This document shows positions 61,601-64,000 of a stretch of DNA of 64,000 bases, one piece after another. Origin of the DNA: Monocercomonoides exilis PA203 (lineage: Eukaryota > Protista > Preaxostyla); contig LSRY02000040.1 of assembly GCA_001643675.2 (NCBI GenBank), forward strand, positions 1 through 64,000. The letters are read 5' to 3'. A model generated the notes under the pieces. It did no database searches. It saw nothing but the letters and a program-made list of their open reading frames with translations, and was not told where the DNA came from. Positions within the stretch are counted from its first letter, which is position 1. Every line of letters begins with the position of its first letter. A program made the translations under genes and the position numbers.

Positions 61601-64000
61601 TGCCTCTGACAATTTTCCAGCTTTTCCTTTTTGTGAGATTCTCTCACAAGGCAGTGAAGAATCGGATGAGGGCGTATCAGACGATGCTGGACATGCCAAA
61701 GAACAAGATGCAGAGTGTCATTCGCAGACTTCTGAGAGACGAAGACGAAGAGGACGACTTTACGATCAACATTGAGATGGGGGAGAGCATGGAGACGAGG
61801 ACATACGACAACTACTTGGACAACAACGACATGCACAACGGTGATAACAACCACAATGGAGAGTTCTTGGAAGATCCCGGCGCATCTGCTCTGCGCGAAG
61901 GAGGAGGTGAAAGTGGGCAAGGAGACAGTCAATCGAAAATTGTGTGCAATTCTCTGCAGACATCTCATCTGAACGGGAAAGGGCTGGGTGAAATCAATGC
62001 GCGCTCAATGTTTGTGCGGCAGCAATCGATGGAGTCGCAGCAGAAGAGGAAAGCCTCTTTTAAGCAGGGCTCACCCGAGATGGAGCTTTCTTATGTGAAG
62101 TCAGCGTCTTCGATGCTGTCTGGTGCTGGCCCTTCTATGGATTCGATTAACGACACACCGTTTTCTCTGTCTTCTTCGAGTTCTTTGTTTGAAGAGCATC
62201 TGACGACGATTCCATCGACATCGGGATTGCAGCCGCAAATGCCAACAGTCAGCGAGGAGAACGCAAAGGGAGCACAAATGAATGAACAAGGAAATGGAGA
62301 AAGGAGAATATCACAGCCGCTGCTGACGAATATCGATGCTTCTTTGAACAATCAGAAAGCAGAGCCTGACGGAGCAGGAGGAGCAGAATCCCAGTCGAGC
62401 CGATCGAAGAACGATGTGACTCCACCCGATCATCTTTCCTTCAACGCAAACGGAATTGCGATGGGTGAGCACGAAGGAGCATCAGTTGTTGCAAATGCCA
62501 CTCCAACCGGAAACGCTACAAAGACGGTTATCAACCCAATGTTTGGCGGAAATGTGCTGGCAGCACCACAGACAACCAAGCCGCTTGGCATCAACCAGTT
62601 CGACGAACTGAACAACATGTCACAAACTCCTCTTCTCATGCCACAGCTCTTTTCAAATAACGGAGGCGGAAGCCCTAACAACAATGGAAATAATAACCAG
62701 CCCCACTTTGGGCTGATGTCCACAGCCTCGTTCTCCATCCAGCACACGATGTCTGAATATGAAACGGGATCTATTTTCAACTCGACTCAGATAATGCCCC
62801 CGCTCTCACCAACAAACGTGTATCAACAGAAAAATCCAATGATGTTCGGCCAGAACCTGTCGCTTCCGCAGATCGACGTGCCAGCACCGATGCCCACTGT
62901 CTCTGAGGCACAGTTGAGGACTGATCGAAACATGTTGGATGCGAACGAGCCAATTGTGCAGACACAACAACAACAACAACCTCAAGAGCAACAGCAGCAG
63001 CAACAAAATGGGACAGTTGATTTGAAGTTCATTTATGATGACGAAGATAATGAGGAAATAGAAAGAGCCAGGCAGATGGGGATGATCAGAAACGCCGTTG
63101 AAGATGCAGCGTGGGAAGAGCAAATGGAAAAGGATATAGAGAAGCACGAAGCAGCGTACAAGCAGCTGCCAAAGCCAGTCACAGCTAAAATCCGAGTGCC
63201 AATCTTTCTGTTTGTGGTACTTGGTCTTTGTGCTGTTCTTGTTACAGTTGCTTTGGCGGTGACGTATGTTACTGGCTTCAAGCCAATCTCAGCCAACATC
63301 ATTCTTTCTGGAATGCGTGCATCAATTCTGTTCCAAATCCAGTTTTTGCTGATATCCGTTCTTCAGCCTCTTCCACTTCTGAAGACCGACCAATCGATCA
63401 CGTTTCCGAGAGCAAACAATCCAGTCATGCACAACTCGTCCCATTGCTCTGGTGATCCACTCATTGCACGCAACATGCTGGTTCCGATGTCCAATTACTT
63501 CGATGCGGTGCATTTGGGGTGCCACTTCGGCGATTCGGAGTATTCGCACGCAGACGATGTCACATACGATGCAGTGACTGTGTCGCGGATGAAGACAGAG
63601 TTCAATGTGAAGACTCTGCTAGCAGACACTGAGTGCTTCCTGGCTGAATCTGATGATTGTTCTCAGGTGGATCCAATGCGGATATATGGAGTGCATGGAA
63701 ACCTTTATGGACTCACCTCACTTCTGGCGCGGATGAGGATAAATGTGGAGAGGATTTCGAAGATGGATGTTGAGAACATCACGTATTTAACCCCTGAAGC
63801 GCGATTCATTCTGAATGGACTCAGAAATGATATTGTGGGAGGCATAAACAAGATGACGAACATGATTTTGACTGAAGGAAAGGAAGAAGTGCAGGAGTCA
63901 GTAACCATTCTGATTGCTGTTATTGTTGCATTTTGTGTTTTGTATTTAGTATCCATGTTTGGGAACGGGTTGATGTGGATAGGGGAAATCGCGTTTATCG
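58635..64000 (+). CDS. Large multi-pass membrane protein, TmcB/TmcC-like; runs off the window
   Basis: Exon 1 is 58635-58883, followed by a phase-0 GTTTG..TAG intron at 58884-58998 and a frame that appears open to 64000 (spot-checked). N-terminal TM cluster, then helical FADYVYTHALK..QYATFL..YEELIASHEQNTGVLRSYARLLLDIYDDEDEAEMILNRAEQIE, typical of the TmcB/C TPR region, then further TM pairs. Confidence 0.82.

Noticed and set aside
59289-63956. Many short ORFs on both strands
   Set aside because: Shadow frames of the single long TmcB-like exon.

Overview
AT-rich eukaryotic chromosome end, standard genetic code, short GT(TTG)-AG introns. The gene families resemble those of the oxymonad Monocercomonoides (inference from recall, not searched). 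Bases ~111-3232 are a (CCCTAA)n telomere interrupted three times by the same 11-mer, CCTAGTTTGAA. The subtelomere (3.2-24 kb) carries a 57-bp palindrome with a 7-bp asymmetric spacer; two tandem, intron-containing tyrosine-recombinase genes with no RT and a C-terminal Myb-like domain; a Ser/Pro-rich AT-hook ORF; and a disrupted hAT transposase. Short internal telomeric motifs lie between these genes. One of them (11766-11795) contains the same 11-mer that interrupts the telomere. Together these suggest an undescribed telomere-associated, Crypton-like recombinase system, although telomerase-template and promoter telo-box explanations remain open. The rest of the window holds decayed genes, microsatellites, a candidate structured RNA (~28.1 kb), a decayed Merlin/IS1595-type transposon, two copies of an expanded hypothetical family, a GGA(I/L) beta-helix gene, a MITE-like foldback and the 5' part of a large TmcB/TmcC-like membrane protein gene.
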